From assembly GCA_022828105.1 (NCBI GenBank), contig JAJEJC010000007.1:336688-400687 (forward strand): a stretch of DNA of 64,000 nt. The letters run 5' to 3'. The first letter of the stretch is position 1. Each line of letters opens with the position of its first letter. Under the pieces are notes generated by a model. That model was not told where the DNA came from and made no database searches. It saw nothing but the letters and a program-made list of their open reading frames with translations. Of the stretch, positions 28,769 through 38,018 are shown piece after piece. The translations under genes were made by a program, and so were the position numbers. Source of the stretch: Dehalococcoidia bacterium. Lineage in GTDB: Bacteria; Chloroflexota; Dehalococcoidia; Bin125.

Positions 28769-28777
28769 CCCGCTCCC

Positions 28778-28869
28778 CATCTCCCCCCGCTGCGCGGGGG
28801 GAGACGCGGCCTTTCTCTTTTCTCCCCCCGTCCGGCGGGGGGAGACGTCACAGCGTGACAGTGGGGGGC
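28778..28869. repeat. Two copies of a dispersed REP-like palindromic element (half copy 28778-28804; full copy on minus strand 28821-28869)
   Basis: TCTCCCCCCGC-TGC-GCGGGGGGAGA, and the reverse complement of GCCCCCCACTGTCACGCTGTGACGTCTCCCCCCGCCGGACGGGGGGAGA; matches copies at 39868 and 40415. Confidence 0.8.
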
Positions 28870-28908
28870 TCCCTCGAGCCCAGTGCTCACCTGTACGCTG
28901 AACCCCGC

Positions 28909-28998
28909 GGAGGGGTGGCCGAGCGGACGAAGGCGGCGGTCTTGAAAACCGTTAGGCGTGCAAGCGTCTCGGGGGTTCGAATCCCTCCCCCTCCGCCA
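28909..28998 (+). tRNA. tRNA-Ser (anticodon TGA)
   Basis: GGAGGGG acceptor stem, anticodon arm GCGGT-CTTGAAA-ACCGT, long variable arm, GTTCGAA, G discriminator plus CCA. Confidence 0.96.
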
Positions 28999-29005
28999 GC
29001 GCGAC

Positions 29006-29614
29006 TCAGATGTCCGTGCCGGCAATCGCCCGCGCGATGGTCATCACCGCATCGACCGTCGTCGGTTGCGGCAATCCGCCGCCGCTGTGGTGCGCGGCCA
29101 CTCTCACCCGATCCGTCAATGGCGCCACTTCGATCTGCATCGTCTGCGGCTCGCTCAGCAAGACGTTGACCAATCGCGCAACCCGATCGCTCATCGAGAG
29201 CAGTTCGACCGCCTGAAGGCATCCGGGCGTGGTGGCGTTGAGCGGCCGCCAGGCGAAGGAGCCGCGATCCTGCGGTTGCGCCAGGATCGGCGTTGCCCAA
29301 TCCGCCGGCCACTGGTCGGGCAGCTCTGACCGATCCACGGTGACATGAATGCCGGTCACGGTGATCTTGCCCAGGTGTCCGGCGGCGTCTCCACCGACTC
29401 GCGACGCCACCACATGGCGCAACGGCGCGGCGTCGGCATCGAGCTCAATCACGGCTGTCGCCCGCGTCCCGCGCGGCAACCGCATGTCCTTCATGATCGC
29501 GTCTGGATGCTCCGCCGGCCGTCCGCTCACCCGGCGCCGGGCCAGCGTCTCAATCAGCTCGTCGGCCGACGTGCTATCGGAACCGCGGCCAAACAGTCGT
29601 CTGAGGATGCTCAC
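29006..29614 (-). CDS. Hypothetical protein
   Basis: 202-aa ORF filling the gap; no recognised motif. Confidence 0.55.
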   Translation of the reverse strand: MSILRRLFGRGSDSTSADELIETLARRRVSGRPAEHPDAIMKDMRLPRGTRATAVIELDADAAPLRHVVASRVGGDAAGHLGKITVTGIHVTVDRSELPDQWPADWATPILAQPQDRGSFAWRPLNATTPGCLQAVELLSMSDRVARLVNVLLSEPQTMQIEVAPLTDRVRVAAHHSGGGLPQPTTVDAVMTIARAIAGTDI

Positions 29615-29666
29615 GTAGCCTGCCTATCACACTCGCGACAACGGTATCTCGCTAGGAGGCACAGCA

Positions 29667-30068
29667 ATGCTCGTCGTCATGCGGAGGTTCTGGATCGAGA
29701 AGGGGACGTTCGACGAGTTCGAACGGCTCAGCCGCGAGGAAATCTGGCCGCCGATTGAGGCCGCCGGCGCGCGCATCCTGGGCATGTTCCGCGCCGAGGA
29801 GGCGCATCCCAACGACGACGTGACCGAACCGTGCGACATGGTGATCCTGCTCACGCAATACACGGATCGCGATCACTGGCATGCGACCCGTGCGCGCGAG
29901 GACACCTGGCGCGGGCCCGACGATGTCCGGGCCAAGCTCGCGCGCGGAGGTCGTGAGCGCCATCAGCTCACGCTGGCGACGCACGCGACGTTCACCGAGC
30001 CGGTCCACGTCAAGATCGGCGGTCCCTTCTTCACCTGGAAGGAAGAGCCGATGGGCGAGGTGGAGTAG
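29667..30068 (+). CDS. NIPSNAP-like dimeric alpha/beta barrel protein
   Basis: R.F.I..G.FDEF......IWP.IE..GARILG.F pattern; AGGAGG RBS. Confidence 0.7.
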   Translation: MLVVMRRFWIEKGTFDEFERLSREEIWPPIEAAGARILGMFRAEEAHPNDDVTEPCDMVILLTQYTDRDHWHATRAREDTWRGPDDVRAKLARGGRERHQLTLATHATFTEPVHVKIGGPFFTWKEEPMGEVE

Positions 30069-30915
30069 CCGCCTTCGTGGCCCGCAGCGAGAACATCAGG
30101 GCCAATCGACGGTCCGGCTCGCCGTCCCGCTGCGGCAAGCGCCAGATGCCCCCTTCAGTTTCGACCAACCAGGGCAGCGCCGGGTAGACCGTCCAGTCCT
30201 GCTCGTGCAGGAAGTCGATGCTGCAGCCCGCGTCGATCACCGCCGACACGATCTCGCCGAGGCTGTGATTCCACTCGTACGAGTCCTGATTCGCCATCTT
30301 CGCGGACGCATCGGCGTAGTCCCCGTCGCCGCGCCAATGCAGCGGCCTGTCAGTCTCGAAGTACGGATAGCGCAGACGCAGGTCGCCGATCGCTGCCTCG
30401 TCGTCGAGGCTCTGCGTCAGAGGATGCACGTCACGCAGGTAGAGCATGCCACCGGGCTTGAGGAACGCGGCGCAGACCTGCGCCCATCCGCTGATGTCGG
30501 GCAGCCAGCAGATCGCGCCCAGGTTGACGTAGACGATGTCGAACGAGCCCAACCGGTTGGACAGCACGCCAGACGACGCATACAGCTCGGATTCCACAAA
30601 CTCCGCCGAGAGGCCGGCGCGATCGGCGATGTCCCGAGCCGTCTCGACCGCAGACGGCGCGAAATCGACGCCGACCACGTCGGCACCGAGCCGAGTCCAG
30701 GAGAGCGTGTCGAGTCCAAAGTGGCATTGCAGGTGGAGCAGCGATTTGCCCGCGACATCTCCGACTTCGTCGAGATCGAGTTGCAGGAGCGTCGACTCGC
30801 CGCTGAGAAAGTCGTCAACCCGGTAAAAGTCCGATGCCGCGTGAATCGCCACCGACTCATCCCAGCGGGCACGGTTGGCCTCGCGGTACCGATCCGGTAG
30901 GTCAAGCGATGACAC
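30031..30915 (-). CDS. Class I SAM-dependent methyltransferase
   Basis: LLHLQCHFGLDTLS, GVDFAP, FDIVY, WLPD, LKPGG. Confidence 0.88.
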   Translation of the reverse strand: MSSLDLPDRYREANRARWDESVAIHAASDFYRVDDFLSGESTLLQLDLDEVGDVAGKSLLHLQCHFGLDTLSWTRLGADVVGVDFAPSAVETARDIADRAGLSAEFVESELYASSGVLSNRLGSFDIVYVNLGAICWLPDISGWAQVCAAFLKPGGMLYLRDVHPLTQSLDDEAAIGDLRLRYPYFETDRPLHWRGDGDYADASAKMANQDSYEWNHSLGEIVSAVIDAGCSIDFLHEQDWTVYPALPWLVETEGGIWRLPQRDGEPDRRLALMFSLRATKAATPPRPSALPSR

Positions 30916-32164
30916 GGGAACCCATTCGCGCGGCCAGCACTTCCGGCAGAATCACCGTACCGTCCGCCTGCTGACCGTTCTCCAACAGCGCAGCGATGGT
31001 GCGCGGCAGCGCCAACCCCGACCCGTTCAGCGTGTGTACGAAGCGCGTGCTCTTGCCTTCCTCAGGCCGGTAGCGGATATTGGCCCGCCGCGCCTGGAAA
31101 TCGGTGCAGTTGGACACGCTGGAGACTTCCAGCCACTCCTGCGCGCCCGGCGCCCAGATTTCGAGGTCGTACGAGACCGACGCGTTGAATCCCAGGTCCC
31201 CGCTGCAGATTTGCAGCACGCGGTACTCCAGCTCCAGCCCCTGCAGCAACGACTCCGCCGAAGCCAGCATTTCGTCCAGCGCCTTCGACGACCTCTTCGG
31301 CGTCGTGAACTGGTACATCTCGACTTTCTCAAACTGGTGCACCCGCTTGATCCCGCGCACGTCGCGGCCGGCGCTCGTCTTCTCGCGGCGGAAGCAGGGC
31401 GTGTGCGCGGCGTAGCGGATCGGCAACTGCTCTTCCGACAGAATCTCGTCCGCGTGCATGTTGGTCAGCGGCACCTCGGCGGTGGGGACGAAGTAGTAGT
31501 CTTCCTCTTCGTCGCGATACAGGTTGTCGCGAAACTTGGGCAGTTGACCCGAGGCGCGCATCGCGTCCTCGCGCACCATCGCGGGGACGTAACACTCCTC
31601 GTAGCCGGTCGCCTGATGGCAGTCGAGGAACCAGCCGATCAGGGCCCGCTGCAAGCGAGCGCCTGCCCCGCGCAGCGCGTACATGCGCGAGCCCGACATG
31701 GCCGCCGCCCGTTCGATGTCGATGATGCCGAGCGACTCGCCGATTTCCCAGTGCGGCTTCGGCTCAAACGAAAACACACGGCGCGTACCCCACGCGCGGA
31801 CCTCAACATTCGCTTCCTCATCGTCGCCGTCCGGCGTCTCGTCCCCGACGACGTTTGGAATCTCCGCCAGCAGCACGTCCAGGGACGCCTCAACGTCGCG
31901 AAGCTGCTCCTCCAGTTCGTCGATCCGCGTTGCGGACTCACGCTGCGCTGCGATCAGGCGTTGGCGCTCCTCGTGGTCCTTGGCCTTGCCGATCGCCCGG
32001 CCCGCCGAGTTCCTCGATGCCCGCAGCTCCTCCAACTCGACCAATACGCCTCGCCGCTGATCGTCAACCTTGATGGCGTCATCCACCGGCGCCTCGGCTC
32101 GCCGACGCTCCAACGACCGACGGATGACATCCGCCTGCTCCCGGATCATCTGCGCAGATATCAC
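30902..32164 (-). CDS. serS: Serine--tRNA ligase
   Basis: N-terminal coiled coil, GQLPKF, PTAEVP, FRREK..AGRD.RG..RVHQFEKVE, EVSSVSNCTDFQARR, TLNGSGLA. Confidence 0.97.
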   Translation of the reverse strand: MISAQMIREQADVIRRSLERRRAEAPVDDAIKVDDQRRGVLVELEELRASRNSAGRAIGKAKDHEERQRLIAAQRESATRIDELEEQLRDVEASLDVLLAEIPNVVGDETPDGDDEEANVEVRAWGTRRVFSFEPKPHWEIGESLGIIDIERAAAMSGSRMYALRGAGARLQRALIGWFLDCHQATGYEECYVPAMVREDAMRASGQLPKFRDNLYRDEEEDYYFVPTAEVPLTNMHADEILSEEQLPIRYAAHTPCFRREKTSAGRDVRGIKRVHQFEKVEMYQFTTPKRSSKALDEMLASAESLLQGLELEYRVLQICSGDLGFNASVSYDLEIWAPGAQEWLEVSSVSNCTDFQARRANIRYRPEEGKSTRFVHTLNGSGLALPRTIAALLENGQQADGTVILPEVLAARMGSRVIA

Positions 32165-32670
32165 GCGTGTCGCTCCTCGTGTTTCGCAATGTGATCAATC
32201 GCCGCCATGCCCAGCACCCGCACGTCCTGCGAGATATGCGCCGAGACGCCCGCGAGCGTCATCGGCGCGTCATCCTCAAGCTCTTGCCTGCTGACCCAGC
32301 GCCACGACTCCGACGGCGGTAGCGGGCGCGTCTCTGCGCTCGGGCGCGAGAAGTAGATCAGGTCAATGTGATGATGCGCGTCCTCGCCGCCGAATGCCCG
32401 AATCGGCTCGACCATGATCGTCACCGGCGGCGAGACCTGGGGCGGATCCGGATAGGCAAACGGCACAGTCGTGGGCACAATCTCCACGGCAAACTCCGTC
32501 TCCTCCAGCGCTTCCCGACGAGCGGCCTGCATCGGATCCTCGTTCGGCTCAATGTGACCGCCGGGCGGCAGCCACAGACCAACTTTACGGTGCCAGTGCA
32601 ACAGCGTCGCGCCGTCCATCGACACAAACGTCGTCACCGTAAAGTGTCGGATACCGTCCCCAGAATTCAC
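32161..32670 (-). CDS. NUDIX hydrolase
   Basis: WLPPGGHIEPNEDP..AA.REALEET, HIDLIYF; start estimated at GTG 32670. Confidence 0.85.
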   Translation of the reverse strand: MNSGDGIRHFTVTTFVSMDGATLLHWHRKVGLWLPPGGHIEPNEDPMQAARREALEETEFAVEIVPTTVPFAYPDPPQVSPPVTIMVEPIRAFGGEDAHHHIDLIYFSRPSAETRPLPPSESWRWVSRQELEDDAPMTLAGVSAHISQDVRVLGMAAIDHIAKHEERHA

Positions 32671-32690
32671 TGTCACGTACCGTATCGCAC

Positions 32691-33443
32691 ATGGAACTGA
32701 TCTCCGCCGCCAACGGCATGTCGCCAACCTGGTCGCCCGACGGCCAACAGATCGCATTCCTCAGCAACCGCGCCGAAGGCTGGGATCTCTACACCATGCC
32801 CGCAAGCGGGGGCGAGGCCACACGGCTCACCAGCGGCGTCACCGCCGACAATCCCGCCTGGTCGCCGGACGGGCGCTGGATCGCGGTGGAGCGCAACGAC
32901 CGGATCGAGGCGGTCAGCCCGGACGGCCGCGAGCGAATCGTGCTGGCGACCGACGCCCGCTACCCAACCTGGTCGCCCAGCGGCGAACTCGCCTTTGTGC
33001 GCAACCGAGATCTGTATGTGCGGCAGGCGGACGAGCGCGAGCAGCTCGTGCTGCGCGACGCCGAACAGCCGCACTGGTCGGCGGACGGCCGGACGGTTGT
33101 GTTCGTCCGTCGCGGCATCTGGGAGCTTGAGACCGGCTCCGGAAGTCTGAGGCAACGAACCCGGAATCCCGCCGACGAGTCGCCTTGCATCCAGTTCGAC
33201 CGCGACATCGTCTTCATTCGCAATGCCCAACTGATGATCATCCATCCCGACGGCGCGATGACCGACATCTCCTATCACCCATCGCCGGCGGGCGCTCCCG
33301 CGGCGCACCCGCTGGAAATCGACACCGTCGCCTACCACCTCCACGACGGTGGCAACTGGGACATCGTCACGGCCTCGCTCGAACACGGGAACGTCCGAAA
33401 GCTGACCCGCGCGACCTGGACCTCCTGGAACGCCCGCGCTTGA
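32691..33443 (+). CDS. PD40/TolB-like beta-propeller protein without signal peptide
   Basis: Repeated P.WSPDG motifs. Confidence 0.82.
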   Translation: MELISAANGMSPTWSPDGQQIAFLSNRAEGWDLYTMPASGGEATRLTSGVTADNPAWSPDGRWIAVERNDRIEAVSPDGRERIVLATDARYPTWSPSGELAFVRNRDLYVRQADEREQLVLRDAEQPHWSADGRTVVFVRRGIWELETGSGSLRQRTRNPADESPCIQFDRDIVFIRNAQLMIIHPDGAMTDISYHPSPAGAPAAHPLEIDTVAYHLHDGGNWDIVTASLEHGNVRKLTRATWTSWNARA

Positions 33444-33467
33444 GCGACGCTTCGCTATCGTGGGCTC

Positions 33468-33941
33468 ATGTCCCACTTCCTGCTCCGACAGGCCGCTCGC
33501 GTCATCACCGGCTCCGCCGCGCCCCAGGTCGCCTCGCAGATCGCTCAGCGGTTGACTACGCCGTCGACCCGAGACGAAGATCGCCGCCGGTTCCTGATCT
33601 GGCTGTCCGGACCGTTCCGGCAATCGCAGCCCGACGCCTATGAGCGCCTCTGGCCGCGGCTGCACGGCAAGGACGAGCGCATTCGTGCGCTGACCGGCGT
33701 CTTCCTGGAGTTGCAGACCGCTGGTCCGAGCGCCGCGAACCAGTGGTTCGCACAACTCGCCGACTCAGATCCGCAGCACTTCGACGAGTTGATCGCGGAA
33801 TTGGCGCCCAGCCAACCCGATCCGCAGCAGATGATCAGACAGGCCTCGAAGGAAGCGGAGACCACGCTGCGCGGCGCGGCCCGATTCCTGGGCCGCACCT
33901 ACCGCAAGACCTCAGAGGAAGCGCGCAAACGAAAGCAGTAG
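33468..33941 (+). CDS. Hypothetical helical protein
   Basis: 157-aa ORF tightly packed between co-directional neighbours; TATCGT hexamer 6 nt before the ATG. Confidence 0.6.
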   Translation: MSHFLLRQAARVITGSAAPQVASQIAQRLTTPSTRDEDRRRFLIWLSGPFRQSQPDAYERLWPRLHGKDERIRALTGVFLELQTAGPSAANQWFAQLADSDPQHFDELIAELAPSQPDPQQMIRQASKEAETTLRGAARFLGRTYRKTSEEARKRKQ

Positions 33942-33946
33942 CGACC

Positions 33947-34441
33947 ATGCCGATGATCGATCACATCACGGACGAACAGGCCGACTTGATTCGCAACGCG
34001 CGAGTCTTTTTCGTCGCCTCCGCCGACCCCGCGATGGGCGACGGACCGAATGGCGAGGGTCCGGTCAATCTCTCGCCAAAAGGCGCGGCCGACCTTCAGG
34101 TCGTCGACCGGCACACGATCGCTTACTTCGACTACTCGGGCAGCGGCAACGAGACGGCCCGACACACCGCGGCCGGCGGCCCGATCACGGTCATGGTTAC
34201 CTCGTTCGACGAAGACGCCGCCATCGTCCGGCTCTACGGCACGGCGAAGTCCCTGCCGCTGGAAGAATCCGTCCTCGCCGACCAGGCCGAAGCCCTGCGC
34301 GCCGTCGAAATGCCCACGCCCGAGCGCCAGGTGATCGAGATCAGCGTCGACCGCACCCAAACCTCATGCGGCTACGGAGTCCCCATCTACGAATACAAAG
34401 GGGACCGTTCCAGAGACGAGCGCGGTCGGCGCTACAAGTAG
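33947..34441 (+). CDS. Pyridoxamine 5'-phosphate oxidase-like flavin-binding protein
   Basis: FFVASA, VNLSPKG, D.SGSGNETA.H, IVRLYG, QTSCGYGVP. Confidence 0.85.
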   Translation: MPMIDHITDEQADLIRNARVFFVASADPAMGDGPNGEGPVNLSPKGAADLQVVDRHTIAYFDYSGSGNETARHTAAGGPITVMVTSFDEDAAIVRLYGTAKSLPLEESVLADQAEALRAVEMPTPERQVIEISVDRTQTSCGYGVPIYEYKGDRSRDERGRRYK

Positions 34442-34455
34442 ACCTATCCGTAGAC

Positions 34456-35292
34456 CTACTGGATCAGCTTCGCCAGCCGATCCAGCTCCGGCAGCACCTC
34501 GTCGGCGCCGGCGTGGGGCAGACCGAACACCACGCGATCGACGCCGATGCGCTCGTACTCGGGCAGCGCGTCCTCGATTGCCGGGAAGACGTTGATTGAG
34601 ATCGAGTCGAAGTCGCGACCGGCCAGTTCGGCTCGGGACTTGATGTCCTGCATCGCACGCTCGACGAATCCCGGCGCGGGAATGTTCGGCAGCCAGCCGT
34701 CGCACCAGTCGACCACGCGCTGACGCGCCCACTTGCTGCCCGCTCCCATCAGGATCGGTGGATGCGGGTCTTGCAGCGGCTTCGGAATCACATGCGTGCG
34801 CGGGATATCGACGAACTCCGAGTGATACTCCGCGATCTCTTCCGTCCACATCACCTTCATCGCCTCGATCCGCTGTTGGGTGACCTTCCAACGGTCCTTG
34901 AATCGCACGCCGAGCGGTTCCATCTCCTCGGCCAACCATCCGGCGCCGATGCCGAACTCGAAGCGCCCCCCCGAAATGAAGTCGAGCGACGCCACCTGCT
35001 TGGCCAGCGCGATTGGCTCGTGCTCGGTCACCAGGCAGATGCTGGTCCCGAGCCGAATCTCCGAGGTCGCACCGGCCGCCGCGCCCAACGCCACGAACGG
35101 ATCGTGCAGGCGGTAGTACTGCTCGGGAAGCGAGCCGTCCTCCGAGCGCGGAAACGGCGTCTCGCGGTCGGCGGGCATGTGCACATGCTCGGGCACCCAG
35201 AACGACTCGAATCCCCGCTCCTCCGCCGCCGCAGCCAACGCCCCCGGATCCATCGCCATGTCGGTCGCAAAGATCATCACGCCGTACTTCAT
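34456..35292 (-). CDS. LLM-class probable F420-dependent oxidoreductase
   Basis: AEERGFESFWVPEH.H, DPFVAL, LAKQVASLD..SGGRFEFGIGAGW, PKP.Q.PHPPI. Confidence 0.88.
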   Translation of the reverse strand: MKYGVMIFATDMAMDPGALAAAAEERGFESFWVPEHVHMPADRETPFPRSEDGSLPEQYYRLHDPFVALGAAAGATSEIRLGTSICLVTEHEPIALAKQVASLDFISGGRFEFGIGAGWLAEEMEPLGVRFKDRWKVTQQRIEAMKVMWTEEIAEYHSEFVDIPRTHVIPKPLQDPHPPILMGAGSKWARQRVVDWCDGWLPNIPAPGFVERAMQDIKSRAELAGRDFDSISINVFPAIEDALPEYERIGVDRVVFGLPHAGADEVLPELDRLAKLIQ

Positions 35293-35366
35293 CGTGGGGT
35301 CCTTTCTCAAACGGTCATGCTGTCGGTCACAGCCTACGATGCGCGGTTCGCGAATAGGCTGGGTCC

Positions 35367-36299
35367 ATGCAACACGACATCCTTACGCCGCCGGCAGCGC
35401 CCAACCCCGTCCCGATGGTGCTCGACACCGACACCGCCAACGAGATCGACGATCAGTTCGCCGTCGTCCATGCGTTGCTCTCCCAGGACCGGCTGCAACT
35501 GGAAGCGATCTACCCAACGCTGTTCACGCGCCCAGGCAACACGCCCGCCGAGGGCGTCGCCGAGTCGGAGGCTGAGATTCATCGGCTGTTGGAACGGCTG
35601 CGGGTCGAACCAGGCGGCCGCGTGTTGCGCGGTGCCGACCGATTCCTCGCCGATGACCGGCCGACCGTCGCCAATGCCGCCTCCGACGACCTGATTCGGC
35701 GGGCCCTGGAGCCACGCGAGGGCCGGCTCTGGGTGGCGGCGATCGGCGCGTTGACCAACGTCGCCTCGGCGCTCAATCAGGCGCCAGAAATCGCCGAGCG
35801 CATCTGCATCGCCTGGCTGGGCGGGCAAGCGCAGCACGCTGTCGACGCTCGCGAATTCAATCTCTACCAGGACCCTGTCGCGGCGCGAGCCGTCTTCGAC
35901 AGCGGCGCGCCGCTGGTCCACATCCCCTGCTACGGCGCGGCTTCGCATCTGCTGACCAGCACCGCCGAGCTCGACGCCTATGTCCGACCTCAGGGCACAA
36001 TTGGCGAGTATCTGAGCGACATCTTCCGCGACCACGACGAGCAGTATCCGGGCCGCAGCAAGGAAGTCTGGGATCTCTCGGCGACCGGCTATCTGATCGA
36101 CGATGACTGGGTTCCCACACGCAGCATCGCGCGGCCGACGCTCTCAGCCGACATGCGCTGGATTGCTCAGCCCGACGACGCCCCGCTCGCACCCTTCGCC
36201 GAAGCTCAATATGTCAACCGCGACCCGATCTTCCACGACCTGTTCTGCAAGCTGAGCGAGTTTGATCGCGGCGAGCGGTCAGCCGGATTTGCGTCCTGA
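35367..36299 (+). CDS. Nucleoside hydrolase family protein
   Basis: DTDTANEIDD motif, IGALTNVA, EFNL.QD, WD. Confidence 0.88.
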   Translation: MQHDILTPPAAPNPVPMVLDTDTANEIDDQFAVVHALLSQDRLQLEAIYPTLFTRPGNTPAEGVAESEAEIHRLLERLRVEPGGRVLRGADRFLADDRPTVANAASDDLIRRALEPREGRLWVAAIGALTNVASALNQAPEIAERICIAWLGGQAQHAVDAREFNLYQDPVAARAVFDSGAPLVHIPCYGAASHLLTSTAELDAYVRPQGTIGEYLSDIFRDHDEQYPGRSKEVWDLSATGYLIDDDWVPTRSIARPTLSADMRWIAQPDDAPLAPFAEAQYVNRDPIFHDLFCKLSEFDRGERSAGFAS

Positions 36300-36309
36300 G
36301 CTCGAGTCG

Positions 36310-37374
36310 TTACATCGGTACGGTCACCGGGCGGGTCATGCCGCCGAAGGTGGGCATCCAGCAGGAGTGTTTGCCCGGGCCGCCGGCGACGATGATGTGG
36401 ATTTCATCGGGCTTGTCGGTGATCGGCAGCCATTCGTCGGCGCTGTGAGTGGGCAGGACTCCGCCGGCCATGCGGATGTTGACGGACTCGAGGAACTCGG
36501 GGCTGAGCTTGCTCGCGGGGTAGCGGGCGTGCTCCCAGAGGTACTCCTGGACCGACTCGCGGGTCCAGCCCTCGGCGGCGACCGTCTCCGCGTGCTCGGG
36601 TCCGAAGGCCAGCACCGGCTCGCCCTTGCCGAGGATGTTGTTGGAGCCGGCCTGACCCATCGCGCCGGCGACGGTCTGGAGGATGCCGGCGGCGGTGTTG
36701 CTGCCGTGGTCCTGGATGTTGTGCGGGCCCTCGCAGGCCCAGGTCGTGATGCAACTGTCCTCGGCGTTGAGCCCGCGCGTCGTCTGGAAGGGCGGCCAGG
36801 GCGAGGCGTCCTCGCGCTCGGTCGCGCAGAAGGCGAACTTGGCCGGTGTGCCCTGCGTCGCGCGGTCGCCGCGACCGGGCGTCGCGCCGGCGACGTTGAG
36901 TTGGACCAGGCGCACGGCTCGGCCGATGGTGGCGTTGGAGGGAAACGTGGGACCGAAGCAGCCCGAGCCGCCGTGAATCCCGGCCGCGCGCGCCGCTGGA
37001 CCTGACGCCAGCACGAAGACGGCGCAGGGATGCGTCGTTGCGTTGATCCCGTCGAGGTTGAAGGGCGGCTGCGAGATCGCCTCGACCGCCGCCAGCACGA
37101 TGGGAAACTGCTGCGGCCGGCAGCCGGCCATGACGGCGTTGATCGCGATTGCCTCGACCGTCGCCTCGCCCTGACGCGGCGCGAGCACACCCAGAACTTC
37201 CAGTGAATCGCGACCCGACGATTCAATCATCGCGTTGACGCGGCCGGGGGTGGGAGGAATCAAAGGGAGTCCATCGGACCAGCCTCGTCGGATGCACTCC
37301 TGGGAGAAGTCGAACGAATCCGAGGGCAGCGAAAACCGCTCGGCCGAACGACCTTGGGCTGTCTGTGAAGGCAT
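36310..37374 (-). CDS. Conserved protein of unknown function, putative UGSC-selenoprotein partner
   Basis: Motifs GWSDGLPLIPPT, IAINAVMAGC, NATIGRAVRL, PEHA, VAGGPG; same strand and downstream of the UGSC gene. Confidence 0.75.
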   Translation of the reverse strand: MPSQTAQGRSAERFSLPSDSFDFSQECIRRGWSDGLPLIPPTPGRVNAMIESSGRDSLEVLGVLAPRQGEATVEAIAINAVMAGCRPQQFPIVLAAVEAISQPPFNLDGINATTHPCAVFVLASGPAARAAGIHGGSGCFGPTFPSNATIGRAVRLVQLNVAGATPGRGDRATQGTPAKFAFCATEREDASPWPPFQTTRGLNAEDSCITTWACEGPHNIQDHGSNTAAGILQTVAGAMGQAGSNNILGKGEPVLAFGPEHAETVAAEGWTRESVQEYLWEHARYPASKLSPEFLESVNIRMAGGVLPTHSADEWLPITDKPDEIHIIVAGGPGKHSCWMPTFGGMTRPVTVPM

Positions 37375-37383
37375 GGGCGAGTC

Positions 37384-37718
37384 CTAACTCTGAACAGTCG
37401 GCACATATGAAGGCGAAGTCGGGGATCGTGGATCATGGCCTACACGATAAATTCTCACATCGCCCACGCGGATCGCGGTAGGAAACGGCAGGGTTTCGCC
37501 GGTTGCGCACGTGAGGTATGGATGATCACGACTGCCTGGTCTTGCTTGTCGCGCAAGCGAATCACGTAGGAGGTCCCGTCACAGGATCGAGCCGGCCCGA
37601 CGCTGCGGTAACTCACGTCCTCGGTGAGGCAGCCCGCGTCGATCAGTTCAGTGAAGCCCATGGCAAAGAAGAGATCGAACAGCTCGTAATCGCGAAGTTG
37701 TACCCTTGCCTCAGGCAC
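37384..37718 (-). pseudogene. Possible frameshifted small gene
   Basis: Frame from GTG 37718 (..QAVVIIH) continues protein-like in the -1 frame from 37518 (YLTCATGETLPFPTAIRVGDVRIYRVGH..) to TAG at 37384. Confidence 0.3.
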
Positions 37719-37730
37719 AGGAGTGACCCA

Positions 37731-38003
37731 ATGCCCAGCAACGTCGAAGTCCGGCGCGAGTTGACGAACCTGATTTCTTCGTGCCTCGACGGCACGGCGA
37801 CGGCAACGGAGTTCCTGGCATTCGCGGCTCCATTAGCGCTTGACGAAGAGATTGACGACGAGTTGCGCGGCGACCTCGATCGCCTCTCACTGGTGGCCGA
37901 CGAGGTACAGCGGTTTGGCCTTGCGCCCGAAGTATTCCTCGATGCCGTTCGCGCAGTATCGCAACGCAAGTTGGGCGTCGATCTCGCGCCGGCAGCCGAC
38001 TGA
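37731..38003 (+). CDS. Small acidic hypothetical protein
   Basis: AGGAG RBS then ATG 37731; 90 aa MPSNVEVRRELTNLISSCLDG... Confidence 0.55.
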   Translation: MPSNVEVRRELTNLISSCLDGTATATEFLAFAAPLALDEEIDDELRGDLDRLSLVADEVQRFGLAPEVFLDAVRAVSQRKLGVDLAPAAD

Positions 38004-38018
38004 ACACGCTCTCAGCGC

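Noticed and set aside
28778-28869. CRISPR array
   Set aside because: Only two palindromic units in inverted orientation, no regular repeat-spacer period and no cas genes.
28909-28998. tRNA with TGA in the anticodon loop as tRNA-Sec (selC) for the nearby selenoprotein
   Set aside because: Anticodon TGA reads UCA (Ser); tRNA-Sec needs anticodon TCA and an 8-bp acceptor stem, and this tRNA has a normal 7-bp stem.
27515-29010. Genomic island integrated at tRNA-Leu or tRNA-Ser
   Set aside because: No integrase and no duplicated tRNA 3' end was noticed in the window; only an adh gene and short palindromes lie between the tRNAs.
30031-30068. 38-nt convergent overlap of the NIPSNAP-like and methyltransferase genes as antisense regulation
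   Set aside because: Short 3' overlaps are common in compact high-GC genomes; there is no further support.
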